This document shows positions 46,041 through 61,063 of a stretch of DNA of 64,000 bases, piece by piece (positions within the stretch are counted from its first letter, which is position 1; each line of letters starts with the position of its first letter). Origin of the DNA: the human T2T-CHM13v2.0 reference genome, Homo sapiens; the NCBI RefSeq assembly GCF_009914755.1, contig NC_060941.1; one strand, given 5' to 3'. Position numbers and translations under genes: made by a program. Below the pieces are notes generated by a model, which was not told where the DNA came from, did no database searches, and saw only the letters and a list, made by a program, of their open reading frames with translations.

Positions 46041-46487
46041 ATAATACTTGTTTTATCAAAATATTGGCCAATGGAAGAAAGTGAAGTCATCGTGTTGTTA
46101 AAAAATACTAGAATACTCAGTAGAGATAGCACCATGTTAAGGAAAAAAAATACTAGAATACATCATTTCAGAGTTTCATGAGCACTTAGAAAAGGAAGTA
46201 GTGATCACTAAAATGAATCCATAAAGAAGTTTGATATGGTTTTTAGACAGATATGTAGACAATAGGAATTTTTATTTTCAGGAAAGCAATTTGATGAGTG
46301 TCTGATTTCCTGAGTGATTGTAGTTCATTGAATGAGTAATTGAATATCCATACTCAAGGTTAATGATTGAATGTCAGTCTCGTTGATGATTTCTAGTATT
46401 GTATCTGTTGCAGAGATCTAGTCTCAGTCCTGTTCTAAACTTTAATTAATAACTTAGAAAGAGACATTAATGTCACATGGATCAATT

Positions 46488-46624
46488 CTTTTTTCTTTTT
46501 TTTGAATACAGGCAGAGTCTTGCTGTATTACCCAGGCTGGTCTCAAACTCCTGGTCTCAGGCAGTCCTCCTGCCTCAGCCTCCGAAAGTGCTGGGGACAG
46601 AGGCATGAGCCACTGAGCCTAGCC
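46488..46624 (-). mobile_element. FLAM / Alu monomer
   Basis: CCCAGGCTGGTCTCAAACTCCTGG...GCATGAGCCACTG. Confidence 0.78.
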
Positions 46625-46885
46625 TCAAATTTTAAAATGACACAAATTTAGGAGGAATAAATACTCAGAGCATTGGATGATCAGAACAGGGGCTGAACGA
46701 TAATAGCTGAGAATGTTAGGCAGGAATCTAGCTAAATAAATTGGACAGGAATAAATTCTACCAGAACAACCAATCTTAGTATGATAGGTAGAAGGGGGGA
46801 AAAAAAAAAAAGCTCTAGGTTAATTCATGGAAAGTCAGTTTGCCAAATGACCAATTGGCCGTGTATACTCAATTTATTGGTATTT

Positions 46886-47206
46886 CTTTTTTCTTTCTTT
46901 TCTTTTTTTTTTTTTTTTTTTTTTTTTTGAGACAGAGTCTCGTTCTGTTGCCCAGGCTGGAGTGCAGTCAAGAAATCTTGGCTAACTGCAACCTCCGCCT
47001 CCAGGTTCAAGCAATTCTTGTGCCTCAGCCTCCCAAGTAGCTGGGATTACAGACATGCACCACGCCCGGCTAAATTTTGTATTTTTGGTAGAGACGGGGT
47101 TTCACCATGTTGGCCAGGCTGGTCTCAAACTCCTGGCCTCAGGTGATCCAGTCACCTCGGCCTCCCAAAGTGCTGGGATTACAGGCATGAGCCACTGAGC
47201 CTGGCC
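46886..47206 (-). mobile_element. AluS (Sx/Sz-like)
   Basis: Full-length antisense Alu with a long T tail. Confidence 0.9.
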
Positions 47207-47234
47207 TGACATTCTTTTACCTATTTAGTTAATA

Positions 47235-47515
47235 TGTATCAACTGGGTTCAGTCAGAAAAACAGAAACCACACTCCTATTTCAAACATAGGGAAATATAA
47301 TACAGGAAATTGGTTATATAGGTGTTGGAAGGCAAAAAGAGAAAAAAAAGGGAGTGGGGGGACACAGTTATTAAAAAGATAGTAACTGCAAGAAGCAACT
47401 ACCACACTAAGAGCTGGGAAATAAAAGGGATGAGGTTATCATTACTCGGGAGCTACAGGGATCCCTAAGCTGGCACCCAGACTTCTAAGGAGGGGACAGT
47501 GTTCAACTGCTGCTT
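47235..47515 (-). mobile_element. ERVL LTR fragment related to the element at 40223-40818
   Basis: Shares AGAAACCACAC...AGTAACTGC...AAAGGGA motifs with that element. Confidence 0.45.
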
Positions 47516-48010
47516 ATATTGAAGTCCATATTACTAAAAGATGTTCATATACATAAGAAATCTAAATATTTAAATTGTGTTTGAACATGTCTTCCCTCTC
47601 AAATGTAGTTCTGAAAATAAAGCATAAAGCTAATTTGACTTTTATCAAATTAATGATCTATGCTGCTTCTGTATGTTTTTTCCCATCTTTAAAATGGCTT
47701 TACCACTAATACCTCTCCTACCTCAGATGTATAAAGTGACCTCTCTGAAAGAGTAAGTGTTTATAGAAATTTAGACAGGGATTTTTTTTTTTTTAAAGCA
47801 TGGCAGATGAGTTGGGTGACCAAACATTCTCTTTAATTATAGATATGTACTCTTTTATCTTTCTCACTGACACCTTAAGCTTCATTAAGTGGACTTAATG
47901 TTGAGTGTTTTAAGATAAAGATATTGTCATGATCTGAAACATTGGAAAACAAGGTGTGGAACTGATTTCTCTGTCTTTTTTTTCCCCTTCCCCAAATATT
48001 GCTTCTTTAG

Positions 48011-48140
48011 GTCAGTAACAGATCCAAGAGATGGAAAGAGAGTAGCGCTCAAAAAGATGCCCAACGTCTTCCAGAATCTGGTCTCTTGCAAAAGGGTCTT
48101 CCGGGAATTGAAGATGTTGTGTTTTTTTAAGCATGATAAT
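48011..48140 (+). CDS. NLK: NLK coding exon (probably exon 2): MAPK-family kinase domain including the VALKK catalytic-lysine motif and helix alphaC
   Basis: Polypyrimidine tract and TTTAG acceptor end at 48010. The exon is 1 nt plus 43 codons, SVTDPRDGKRVALKKMPNVFQNLVSCKRVFRELKMLCFFKHDN, followed by an AAT|GTAAGT donor. The peptide matches NLK as I recall it. The ORF track missed it. Confidence 0.97.
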
Positions 48141-49650
48141 GTAAGTGAAATTGGTATTTGGGGGAAACTATTTCCTAAGCCTCCTGCATTGAATTAGTAA
48201 AGAGCAGATGAAAGTTTAAAAGGGCACCTATAAGTAAAATTTGGAAATTGGCTATAGTTTTATGCCAAATGTGAAAAGAAATAAGCGCACCAGTGAGGTT
48301 ATGGGAGAATACCTATTGATAGGCTTTCAATTCATACATTCTTATTGAAAGAGATGCACACACACACACGTTTTCTAAGCTGTAGTCTTTCAGTGCTTTG
48401 CTTTCCTTTTATATATACTCTTTATGTCTCTCTATGACTGTCTTAAATTTTCACTATTGAGATTAGTGGTTTTCAACCTTAACATATTAGACTCACCTGG
48501 GGAGTCCATTTTATCAGCATTTTATTTGAAGGTTTGAAAATTACACTATGAATTGTATGACATGCACAAGCCCTAAACTCCAAATCAGGAAACGTTGAAC
48601 CTATTGAGTTTCGCATTGGCTTCTGAAATGTGGTGTGCACTCTCATTTGTCAATCTGAATGTCTTTTTTAATTCTAAGAATACAAGCTATTAAATATGTT
48701 TAAAGCCCATAGAAAAGGAGCATATATTTGTAGGGAAATAGGTTATTAATAGAAACCACAACCAAGGTTTTTATTGAGGGGCTTGGAAACCTGAGACAAA
48801 TTAGACCCTTTTTGTGACTGAACAATGAACAAGTGTAAGTGAATTCAAGTGAATTCTAAGATTGATTGATTGACAGGTAAATATTGATGCAAAGCAAATA
48901 TTGATATTTAGCCGAGGAATAATACTAATATTCAACACAAAAATAGAGTGTAGTGATTTATATAGTGAGTGATTTAAGTGGAAATAATTGACCCTTGATT
49001 TTAAGTGCTTTATTTTTATCTCAATATTTTAAATCAGAGATTAAGTTAGAGATGTGGGAAACAGTTTCTCCTATAAAAACAGTACATCCCTTAAGGTAAC
49101 ATAGGCTACCTTATTTATGGCTATGTTTAGAGATGTGAAGACTTATAGACAAATAGACTCGTGTTTTGACAGAACTTTCCTTCAATTAATCCTGAGTTAA
49201 AAATTTGATACATGTAAAATTTACCTGGAGGTCGCCAGCATTAGAATATGTTTTCATTTTCATGTGAAAAGAAAAACTGCCTCAAATTCTTTATATAATA
49301 CTCAACCTATGCTATTTTAATTGCCATAATAAAAACTTATCAGAAAAAAAATTATGATTTCTCATGAGTCTGAGTGCTTATTTGCACAAAAAACTCGAGA
49401 ACTTTGGCCAAAGGTTTGGTCTCACTTTAAGAAGCAAATTTTGAAAAGTTTGAGGTATTTGTTAAAACTGGGAGTACTAAACTTACCATATGGTTCACTC
49501 GAAGCTCCTTGGTTTGACATATTTCATTTTAATGATTATTCCTCTTGAAATTCTCTTGCCTTAATTTTTTTAAAGGGCATTGCTGTGTTTTAGTCAATTG
49601 GAACTGCCTAGCAATATGCTTGTTTTAATACATTTCAAAATACCACTTGA

Positions 49651-49945
49651 AGCCAGGGACAATGGCTGCATCTGTAATCCTAGCTACTCAGAAGGCTGAA
49701 GTGGTAGGATCAGTTGAGTCCAGGAGTTCAAGACCAGCCTGGACAACATAACGAGACCTCATCTCTAAAGAAGAAAGTTTTTTAAATTAGCTGGGTGTGG
49801 TGGCACACATCTGTAGTCTCAGCTATTTGGGAGGCTGAGGTGGGAAGATCACTTGAGCCAGGAGTTCAAGGTTGCAGTGAGTTATGATCAACCACTGCAC
49901 TTCAGTCTGGGTGCAGAGCAGGACTCCATCTCTAAAAAAAAACCA
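49651..49945 (+). mobile_element. AluJ
   Basis: Dimeric Alu with TSD AAAATACCACTTGA. Confidence 0.88.
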
Positions 49946-50175
49946 CACACACAAAACAAAATACCACTTGAGTTACTATTTTACTACCAGTTCCTCAGAT
50001 TTTAGAAATAATTTAGAATAATGTCTAGTTCTTTCTTAGTTATTTCTTGACCTTGCCTTAGTGTGTCACCTCAGCATCAAAGAGTGCAGACCTTCTTTCA
50101 TTGTCAGAGACTCAAGTAAAGGTATCCATGACGAAAAAATATTTCAAGGGTGGCATCAGAAATTTGCTTACTCGG

Positions 50176-50502
<327 letters not shown>

Positions 50503-51234
50503 TTACTATATTCCAACCAATCTTGGCCTCTTCTATAAAGGAAGGGTGGTATAATAAGCTGCTGTTTGTCTAGTTGGTATTTTTGCTCATGACTCATTCC
50601 TAGTAACTAATTAAGTTACAAAGACAGTGTCAAAGGGAGTAGTGTAAGAAAAATAAACTGAATTTGTGAAAATCACACCAATTAAAACATAGAAGCAATT
50701 CTCATACAGTTTCTAAGAGCTGTGCTTTAAAGTCAGAACTAGGTTTGAATTGTGGTTCTACTATTTTGTACTGTTGTGTCTTGGACCTTAACTTCTCCAA
50801 TCTTTAAGTTTTTTTCATTTTCGAAGCAGGCATGGTAAAAGCAGAAATAACTGTGTATGATTGTTGCAGAAATTAAATTTTTTTAATGCATATAAACCTG
50901 CTCAACACACAACCACTATTTGAAACTACTGAGCTCTATCATAGAAGAGTGCCTGTGACATCTGTGAAAGTGTTTAAAAGTGAGGCACATAGTTGAAGAT
51001 GGCACAGCACCACTATTTTATATATAATAGATCTCTGCTATCTCTGAGATCTATTTCCAAAAGGATCTCAGGGCCAGCATAACTACTATGTGTGGAATGC
51101 CAGTCTAAGAGGCAACTGGTATTTGATCTAGTTAAGGCAGCAAATGTTTATTTATTGTGTCCTATGTAAGGAGTGCGGTGCTAGGTCATGTGGAGGATAC
51201 AATAAAGGCTTAAAACACTTTCTTTTTGAAGGGG

Positions 51235-51435
51235 TATGTTTAATATTGCTCTGTGTCAGGAGATATGCTAGATACTTTACATATATTAATTAATTTACTC
51301 CTTAAAAATCGTGTCAGATAGGGCTTGTTAACCTTACTTTGTAGAGGAGGAACCAACGACTTGGAGTTACGTAACTTGCCCAAGGTTAAGGTGGCACAGA
51401 TTGGACTGTAAATCTGTCTTGCTGTAGAGCCCATA
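51235..51435 (-). mobile_element. MIR
   Basis: ACTTTGTAGAGGAGGAACC...GTAACTTGCCCAAGGTT. Confidence 0.6.
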
Positions 51436-52999
51436 TTCATTAATTCAGTAAACTTTTATTATGCACATCCTGTATGCCTAAACTACATTAGCTCCTGTTG
51501 TCTTTACCTTCAAATAGTTGAAATAATTTTCAAAATGTGATAACTACTATGATAAAAGCACTGTGGGAGGGTTGCCTGCATGGTTAAACATTAAGCCAGG
51601 ACAGCTGTGTGCATAGCAAAGAGCTGGACAACCAAAACCTAGAAATGTATTCAAAGATTCCCTGGAGAGGGGGACCTTAAAACACAGATTCATGGGTCTT
51701 ACCTTGCACCTACTAAATTGTAATCTCTGGAGTTGAGGCCCAGGTATCTGATTTTTTAAAGCTTCTCAGGTGACAGGCAAGTACCATAATATTAAGAAAA
51801 GAGAAAAATTGTTGTGGACTTAGAAATTCAAAGATGCATCAAACACAGAGAAGGAAAATCTTAATATGAGCCTTTTGAGAACAAGATTTGATTGAAGAAG
51901 AAAGGAATGTCATGATAAAAATGGCATTTAGAAAGATCTTGGTCATTGTAGGAAGGTTGGATTTTAATTTGGATGGCTTTTTATGTGTCAAAGAATAGTA
52001 ACAAAGCCTGGGAGGCTTTGGATTTTCTTTTGAAAGGAACCTTCAAAGTCACTGTATCAAATTCATTGATTTCAGGTGACCTGACTGAATTTTTACACAC
52101 ATACACACACACATCTGAGTACCTGCTTCACCATCTTAACACATTCACCTTGATGAAGTAACTTGGGGAAACAGAAATGGGTTTAGCTTTCTAAAAATTG
52201 GTGTTTAGGCTTATTACTAGTATCTATCTGAGCTTTTGTAAAATCTGGCAGAATCTTCTCTCTACCCATCTATGCATTTGTGCTTGTATGTATATACATG
52301 CATAGTTGTCATATGATCAGCAGGGAAAGTGATGATTTAGGTTTTTTGGATCTTTGAGATGAAAGCTATGAATCCTGTCAGAAAAATGCACATATATACA
52401 ATTTTAATGTCATTTTAGGCTTTCACTTGTCCTCTAAAGCCCATTTAGAGCCCCCTTAGGGTCTATTGATTCCTGCCAAGAGCCCCTGTAACGCAAGTCT
52501 TGGACATTTTTCTTGTCTTTAGACAATAACACTAAGTACACAGTAGGCGGCGATTCTATTTGAAGAGTAAGTGAGTGAATGAAAGTGACAGAAAAAAAGA
52601 AATCTAAGGGCCTGGAGTGATAACTTCTGTGATCTCTCTCTTGGGGTTACTTTTTCTTGTCCTAGCTCTGGAGTGCTCCAGAGAGGGCTAGAATGAGACA
52701 AAGAAGCTTCATTCATTTTCCTTTGTATAGTCTGACCTAACTCATACAACACCCCTTTGGGTTCATAAGTAGGTTACAGAATCATACAATATGGGAAAAA
52801 CAGATATGGCCTATCTTTTAATACAGACATGCTGTTCAGACATTAGTAATACTAAGTGCTAACTAATACTAACTGTTGTGCCGCTAAGGAGTTGGAAAAA
52901 GCAAAGGATGATGTAGAGGTAGGTTACTTTTCAAGGAATTTGGTTTTGTTTGCTGTGTGCCTAAAGTTTATAGTTCTAGGCAGATTACTGTCACATTTA

Positions 53000-54995
<1,996 letters not shown>

Positions 54996-56991
54996 AATAA
55001 TAATGATATAGTCTCTACCGTAAAGAACTTAGAATCTATTATGGGGAGAGAGTGGGAAAAGAGTAGCTCCTTTGCTAAATGGGATTTAGCTGTGTTCCTT
55101 ATATTCTTATTCTTATTCTTATTCTTGTCTTTGAGTCCTTGGCAGAGTAGAAACTCAGTAAATGTTGATTCTATGAATTAACAGATAAATTTCTTGTCTT
55201 TATAGTTAGGATTGAGATTATTCACAGGAATTATTTTATTGATAAAGGGCTGACTGAGACTAAGCTATTTTCTTATGTAACCAGTTTATAGTGAATCTTC
55301 TAACATCATGGAGGTTAAAATCCTAAAAAGCAGCTAACATAATGAGCTTTTGTGTTTCTTAAAAGATTTGTGACATATGCAGAGACACTGTTAAGAAATG
55401 TGTTTGGTAATGACTATCATTTAAAGACATAACTTTAATTCATTTTTTAATTAGACAAGTCTGCTTGTATTTTTTTGTATTTGAAATCCTTTGAAGAGTG
55501 TGGTATTTGAGGATACTTCAACTCTTTATAAGCCAAAGTCTTTACAAGCACGTATTTATATCTTAAGGCTAATCTCACATACTTTATTCCCTCAAATAAT
55601 AGTGGGGCTTATAGAGAATCTCTAGCTATTTAAATGGGGTGTCAGGCATGAAGTCTGGAGTTTCAAACTCTGCCACTATACCTTCTCACTTACTCATTTA
55701 CATTGCTTTTGAGATTCCTAGATCATTTCTACTGGTCTAAATACTGTTTTTACCACCTAGAAGCACTGTAGAATGCCATCCTCTGATAAACATTTTGGAG
55801 TAGAAAGAGCAGGAGGATAAAACAACAGGCGTTTAAAAAATTCCAGGCATAGTTTAAAATATTGTACCTTTTGAACTAACAATCACAGCTAAATGCTGTA
55901 GTGCAAATGTCTATCCCTGTTTTATATGGCTTTTTTACAAAAAGCCTCATCAAATATGGAGTAAGAAAGCCTCATTCTTCTCTATCAAGGTTTAATATGT
56001 ATGGTTGTCACTTTCTTCTAGATAACCTCTAATTATAGCAGATAGATTTGAAGTGTAAAATAGCTTTGTATAATGGACGCTGTCACTCATTGCATTCTGT
56101 TTCCCCCTTAGACAGGATGTGTGTTGCTCAGATACAGAGTTGAGAGTCCGAAAGATGTCAAGTAAAACACTAATTTCTAACTGCCTTCCTCAGTTGTCAA
56201 ATATTCATGTTAAAAATTGTTCTGGCACATAATGAGAAATTTGTGTGAATTTATTGGTTTAAAAAATATAGCTGGCTAATTATAGGTTTAAAAAATATAT
56301 AGAAATGAAATAATGCATCTGTCATATGAAAAAAATTACTCTTCAAAGAAACTGGAAAATCTCTTATTTTCTGTTTATACCAAAATTCTAAATATAAACA
56401 TTTTAATTCAAAAGGAAAGATAGATATTCCTTATAAAAACATCTAAACTATTTAAAAGCCTCCAACTGGCTTTAAAGTGAGTGAAGAATTTTTCATTACA
56501 GGAGGCTTTAATGCATAAAATAAATTTTTACTTAAAATTTATAGTGAGAAATGCTTGGCTGAAACAAGAATAACCTTTAAAATGAACCGGGTTTCTTCTA
56601 CACATAAATTGCAAGAGGAAACGGAAAAGAGATGGTGGAGAAACCTTTAGATTATCAGTCATACTATGTAAATCTTATTTAGCTCCTGATTTAGACTAAC
56701 AAACTTTTTTTTTAATATGAGAAAATAGAAAATTTGAGAACTGGATATTTGATGATATTTTTAAACACTTACATTTTAGATTTGATCATTGCAATTTTTA
56801 ACCTTTTTTTCATTAGAGATACTGATTATGGCTGAAATAAGTTTGATATATGCTTGAGAATTATATAGGGAGAGTAAAGGGTAGAGATGAAATAAGAATG
56901 TTCATGTGTGTGAATAACTGAGGCCAGGTATTGATTACATGGGCATTCTCTATACTATTCTGCCCACTTTTATATGTTTGAAGTTCTCTGT

Positions 56992-57025
<34 letters not shown>

Positions 57026-57399
57026 AAGCTACAGATCATAAAATTTGAACTAGTACCACACAATTTATTTCCTGTTAAGTAGTTTCTTCCATGTCCTTTG
57101 AGCTTGGTATTTCTCATTAGCTTAGCAAGACAGCTGGGAGGGGATTTGTTTGTTATGTTTTGATGGCGGAAGTTACACGGGTACTATGCTGCTTTTATAA
57201 AGGACTTGCGTCGTAAAGTCTTTTTTCCTCACCCTAGTGACTTCTTTTCTTACAAGAATCTTGGAATAAAATCAAAAATGCTTAGTATGATTTAAAGAGA
57301 CTTTGTGTAGTGTATTTCATGTCTTCCTCTTCTACTTTATGTTAGTCTATTTTCTTCCTACCCTCTATATTCAATAAGCACTGGCTTTTCTGTCTCTAG

Positions 57400-57705
57400 A
57401 ATCTGCCTCAGTGTCTTTACACTGCCTGCCCATCGATCAACCAACTGCCACTCAGCCTTCAAATTCTAGAGTAGTGTTACTTTAGGGAAGCTTTTTCTCT
57501 CTACCCTTCTTTACATTTTTCCTCCATAGTAATAGATGTTGTAATTACATATCTGTAACTGTTTAGTGCTTACCTCTTCTGTAGTCATGAGAGCAGGGAT
57601 GATGCCTATTTTGTTCAACAGGATAACCTAAAAGCTTAGTGCTTGCCAGGTAGAATGCACATAGTAAAGATTTGTTGAACAGAGGAATAAAGGAATGAAT
57701 GATAG
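57400..57705 (+). mobile_element. L2 3' end fragment
   Basis: CATGAGAGCAGGGA...TTTGTTCA...ATTTGTTGAA...GAATGAATGA. Confidence 0.55.
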
Positions 57706-58027
57706 ATGTGGCTTCTCACGCTCTTAGAGTAACATTGATTGTTTAAAATAGGGTGTTTATTTCAAAAACTCTCTCCTGTGCAGGGATTTTGGTAGCGTGT
57801 GGTGTAACCCAATTGCCTCTCTCATTTTGTAAGTCTTTTGGATAGTAAGTGTACGAATCCATCTTAATGTTTAGTACTGTGTTTCTTGACAGACGAATTT
57901 AATTTTCAGTGGGCAATTGTAACTAAGCTTTAAAGCATTAAAGAGTTGTTAGTATTTACTTGCATTTATGTCGAATTTTGTTTCCTTTTTTGTTCTCTAA
58001 ATTTGACTTTTTTTTTCCTTTTCTCAG

Positions 58028-58083
58028 GTACTCTCTGCCCTTGACATACTCCAACCTCCACACATTGACTATTTTGAAGAAAT
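58028..58083 (+). CDS. NLK: NLK coding exon (probably exon 3)
   Basis: TTTTTTTTTCCTTTTCTCAG acceptor, then 18 codons plus 2 nt, VLSALDILQPPHIDYFEE(I). It continues the previous exon in phase 0 (HDN|VLS). Donor AT|GTATCCT. Confidence 0.96.
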
Positions 58084-58093
58084 GTATCCTAAC
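58084..58093 (+). promoter_or_regulatory. U12-type (minor spliceosome) 5' splice site GTATCCTAAC
   Basis: Matches the U12 consensus RTATCCT at +1..+7 and fits the U2 consensus GTRAGT poorly. Confidence 0.8.
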
Positions 58094-58544
58094 CAGGGAA
58101 TGTGAAAGAAGGGGACAATTTTTAAAATTAATTTGTTCTTCTAGCACCTTTTGGGGTTCATGCCTTCAAGTATTTTAAATCTCATCCTTGCAGAAGTGAT
58201 TGAGTACCTGGAACCAGGTAATTTTGAAATCCTGTGTGTCTGGCAGAGCTCAGTATTATCAACATATCCTGTGTGGTGATGCCACAGAACAGAACATCTG
58301 AACAGATATTTAATCCCCACACAGCCTTATGAGATAGATTATTACCATCCCCATTTTGCAGATGAAACCAGTGAGGCAGCTGTGTTGTAGTAGAACCCAG
58401 GAAAGTGCTTTTACCACTATACAACAGCTGCCTGTCGGTTAAGAGAGTAATACTGCCCTTTATTATAACACTTGGGGTAAGATAGAAATTGTAGAATTAA
58501 TGTAAGTTAAGTTGTCTTATGTTCCTTAGAATGATGGTGGTGGT

Positions 58545-58800
58545 AGTGGTGATATTGACATAATAGCCATTACTTATATAGTTTTTATCAGATGCCGGGC
58601 ACAATTCTAAGCTCTTTACACATGTTTATTTAATCCTACAAACATTCTCTGGGGAAGGTATTGTGATTATTCCCATGTTACAGAAGAGGAAATTGAGGCA
58701 CAAAAGGTAAGAAAATTGACCAAGATCACAGAGCTAGTAAGTGTGGGGATGGAGATTTGGTTCCAGGTATTCTGACTATGTAGTCTTGCTTTCAGCCCTT
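58545..58800 (-). mobile_element. MIR (MIRb-like)
   Basis: CCCATGTTACAGAAGAGGAAATTGAGGCACA...CAAGATCACAGAGCTAGTAAGTG. Confidence 0.72.
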
Positions 58801-59435
58801 ACCTATGTGATTCTCAGGCTAGAGCCCTTAACGTTCTCCTGTTACTACTGTTGATGTTTAAAAATAGTATGTTAGACATTGTGAATAATAATGAACTATA
58901 AAATAATGTTAAAATAATGCCTGGTGATAGCTCCATGGTAATAATAAAATAATGCATGGTAGTAGCTCCTGGGACTGTGCATGAAAAAAATTGAGACATA
59001 AGTTAACCTCCCTGACATTCCTGGGCAAAGTGTCACCAGTTTCCATTCCACATTTAACTTGGTAAAGCTTTAAATAAAAGACAGGAAATCCTAAGTCATT
59101 GATTTTGGTAAGCTCATGATAGTGCAGTTTATTCAAACTCTAGGCTTTTTTATTAATACTTTAGGCCTATGACTCAGAATGGAAACCAATGTAATAGTGA
59201 GATACTTTTTCTGATTCACCAGTGAGGTAATGAAAATCTCATTCTTACACAGGGGGTTGGTAATTCCATATGAGATTGTTATCTTTGATAACTTCCTAGA
59301 AAATAGGAACAATTAAGAGCTTCCCAAGAGAACTAAGCTGGGTAAGGATTTGGGAAACCTTATATGGTAATAGAATTGTCACTGATCAACACTGCTGGGA
59401 TGTTTTGATCTTTTAAACCAAAAGCTCTTGAATGC

Positions 59436-60042
59436 TAGTCAGCCCTCCATAGATGTGAAACTGCATCCATGGATGAAAAATATTTGAAAAAAAAATAAAA
59501 ATAAAAAAATAAAAAGTATAGTGGGCACAGTGGCTCACACCTGTAATCCCAGCACTTTGGGAGGCTCAGGCAGGGTGGGCAGATCACTTGAGCCCAGGAG
59601 TTGAAGACCAGCCTGGGCAACATAGCAAGGCCTCGTCTCTACCAAAAATACAAAAAAAATTAGCTGGGTGTAGTGGCACATGCCTGTAGTCCCAGCCACT
59701 CAAGAGGCTGAGGCAGAAGGATCAGCTGAGCCCGGGAGGTCGAGGCTGTAGTGAGCTGTGATCACACCACTGCACTATAGCCTGGGCGACAGAGTGAGAC
59801 CTCGCCCTCCCGCCAAAAAAAAGTGATACAAATTAAAAAGCAATATAATGACTACTTACATAGTATTTATATTTTATTAGGCATTATAAGTAATTTAGAA
59901 ATGATTTAAAACATACAGAGGATTGGATACAGGCTATATGCAAATACCACACCATTTTATATAAGGGACTTGAGCATCCATAGATTTTGGTATCCTCCAA
60001 GGGTCCTGGAACCAATCCCCCTTGGATACTGAGGGGAAACTG
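59436..60042 (-). mobile_element. MER2 (Tigger-derived) DNA transposon interrupted by an AluJ
   Basis: GGGACTTGAGCATCCATAGATTTTGGTATCC...GGTCCTGGAACCAATCCCC...GATACTGAGGG...CTG|TA. Confidence 0.82.
59521..59822 (+). mobile_element. AluJ
   Basis: Full-length Alu within MER2. Confidence 0.88.
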
Positions 60043-60093
60043 TAATCTTTGGTGATATTTTAATCCACAGATCCTTTATGGAGTTAATCCTTT

Positions 60094-60230
60094 TGTGCAG
60101 TGAAGGGTTATTGGACTTGGGGTGCCCCAGCTCTGCACATTCCAAAGAAAAGACTGTCCCTTGACTGGTTCCTGGCTGACAAGAATGTCTTTGTATAGCT
60201 GAAACCTTGAACCTGGCCAGATGGTTCTGA
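60094..60230 (+). mobile_element. MER77-like ERVL LTR 5' fragment
   Basis: TGTGCAGTGAAGGGTTA...CTGCACATTCCAAAGAAA. Confidence 0.5.
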
Positions 60231-60633
60231 CAAACTCTTATTTAAAAAAGTACAAAATTAACCTAAGGGTAGAAGGATTGAGAAAGTTCTTTTCTCCTCA
60301 ACTGTAGGTCAGTAGTAGCAACTGAGGAGAAAGCATTAATGATTCCATTTCATAGACTTCCTGAAGATTACCTGGGTCTTCATTGAAGAAAAGGAGAGAG
60401 CTGGTGGGAATGGATCACCACTTGTTTCATTCAGCAGAAGTACCTTCTTATACCTGGCCAGGAGCTACCCCTCTTTATTCTTTTTAGTTGGTGGGAAAGA
60501 AATCCATATAGTAGCATTCCTATCAGTGTGTAGTACTGTTTCTGTCTCTTTGGAAATGAAGTTGCTGAAACCAAACCTTAAAATTAGAAGAAATTTCCTT
60601 TATTAAATATGAATTTTGCTATATTTTAGCATG

Positions 60634-61063
60634 TGTTGGGGGTTCCCAAGACCACCCTCAGGCTCAGTGATTCGCTAGAAGAACTCACAGGACCCAGAAA
60701 AGCTGTTATTCCCTTGGTGTTCAAGGTTTTTATTGTGGGTCAGTCACATAGGCATGGAGCACCCATGTGAGTGACCTTAGCTGCCGAGTCTCCAGCCCTC
60801 CTTTTTCCCTTCCCCTCCAGAGGTCAAACTAATATGGCGTAGCCCAAGGCCCCAGACAAAGACAGGTATTCACCGTATATCATATTGTTAGCATAAACTA
60901 TCTGGCATGCCCAAAGCCCCAGGTATACTAAGATACTATTGTCAGGTGGATATTGCAGTGGCCCAGAGGTTATTTCCTAGAAGTCAGGGGCCAGTCTTGA
61001 AGACTTTCGGAATGTGCAGGGTTTGGACAGCCCAGGTCTGCTGAGTTAACCCTTTACTGCACA
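60634..61063 (-). mobile_element. MER77-like ERVL LTR
   Basis: TGTTGGGGGTTCCCAAGACCACCCTCAGG...GAGTTAACCCTTTACTGCACA termini. Confidence 0.65.

Noticed and set aside
56995-57022. A28 tract (and A-run at ~62350-62379) as a polyadenylation site or new insertion
   Set aside because: No TSD is visible, and the first tract abuts an old L1 3' end. It is more relevant as an oligo-dT internal-priming artefact.
58087-58096. TCCTAACCAG as a U12 branch point plus acceptor
   Set aside because: It overlaps the donor itself, and the AG is too close to the putative branch adenosine.
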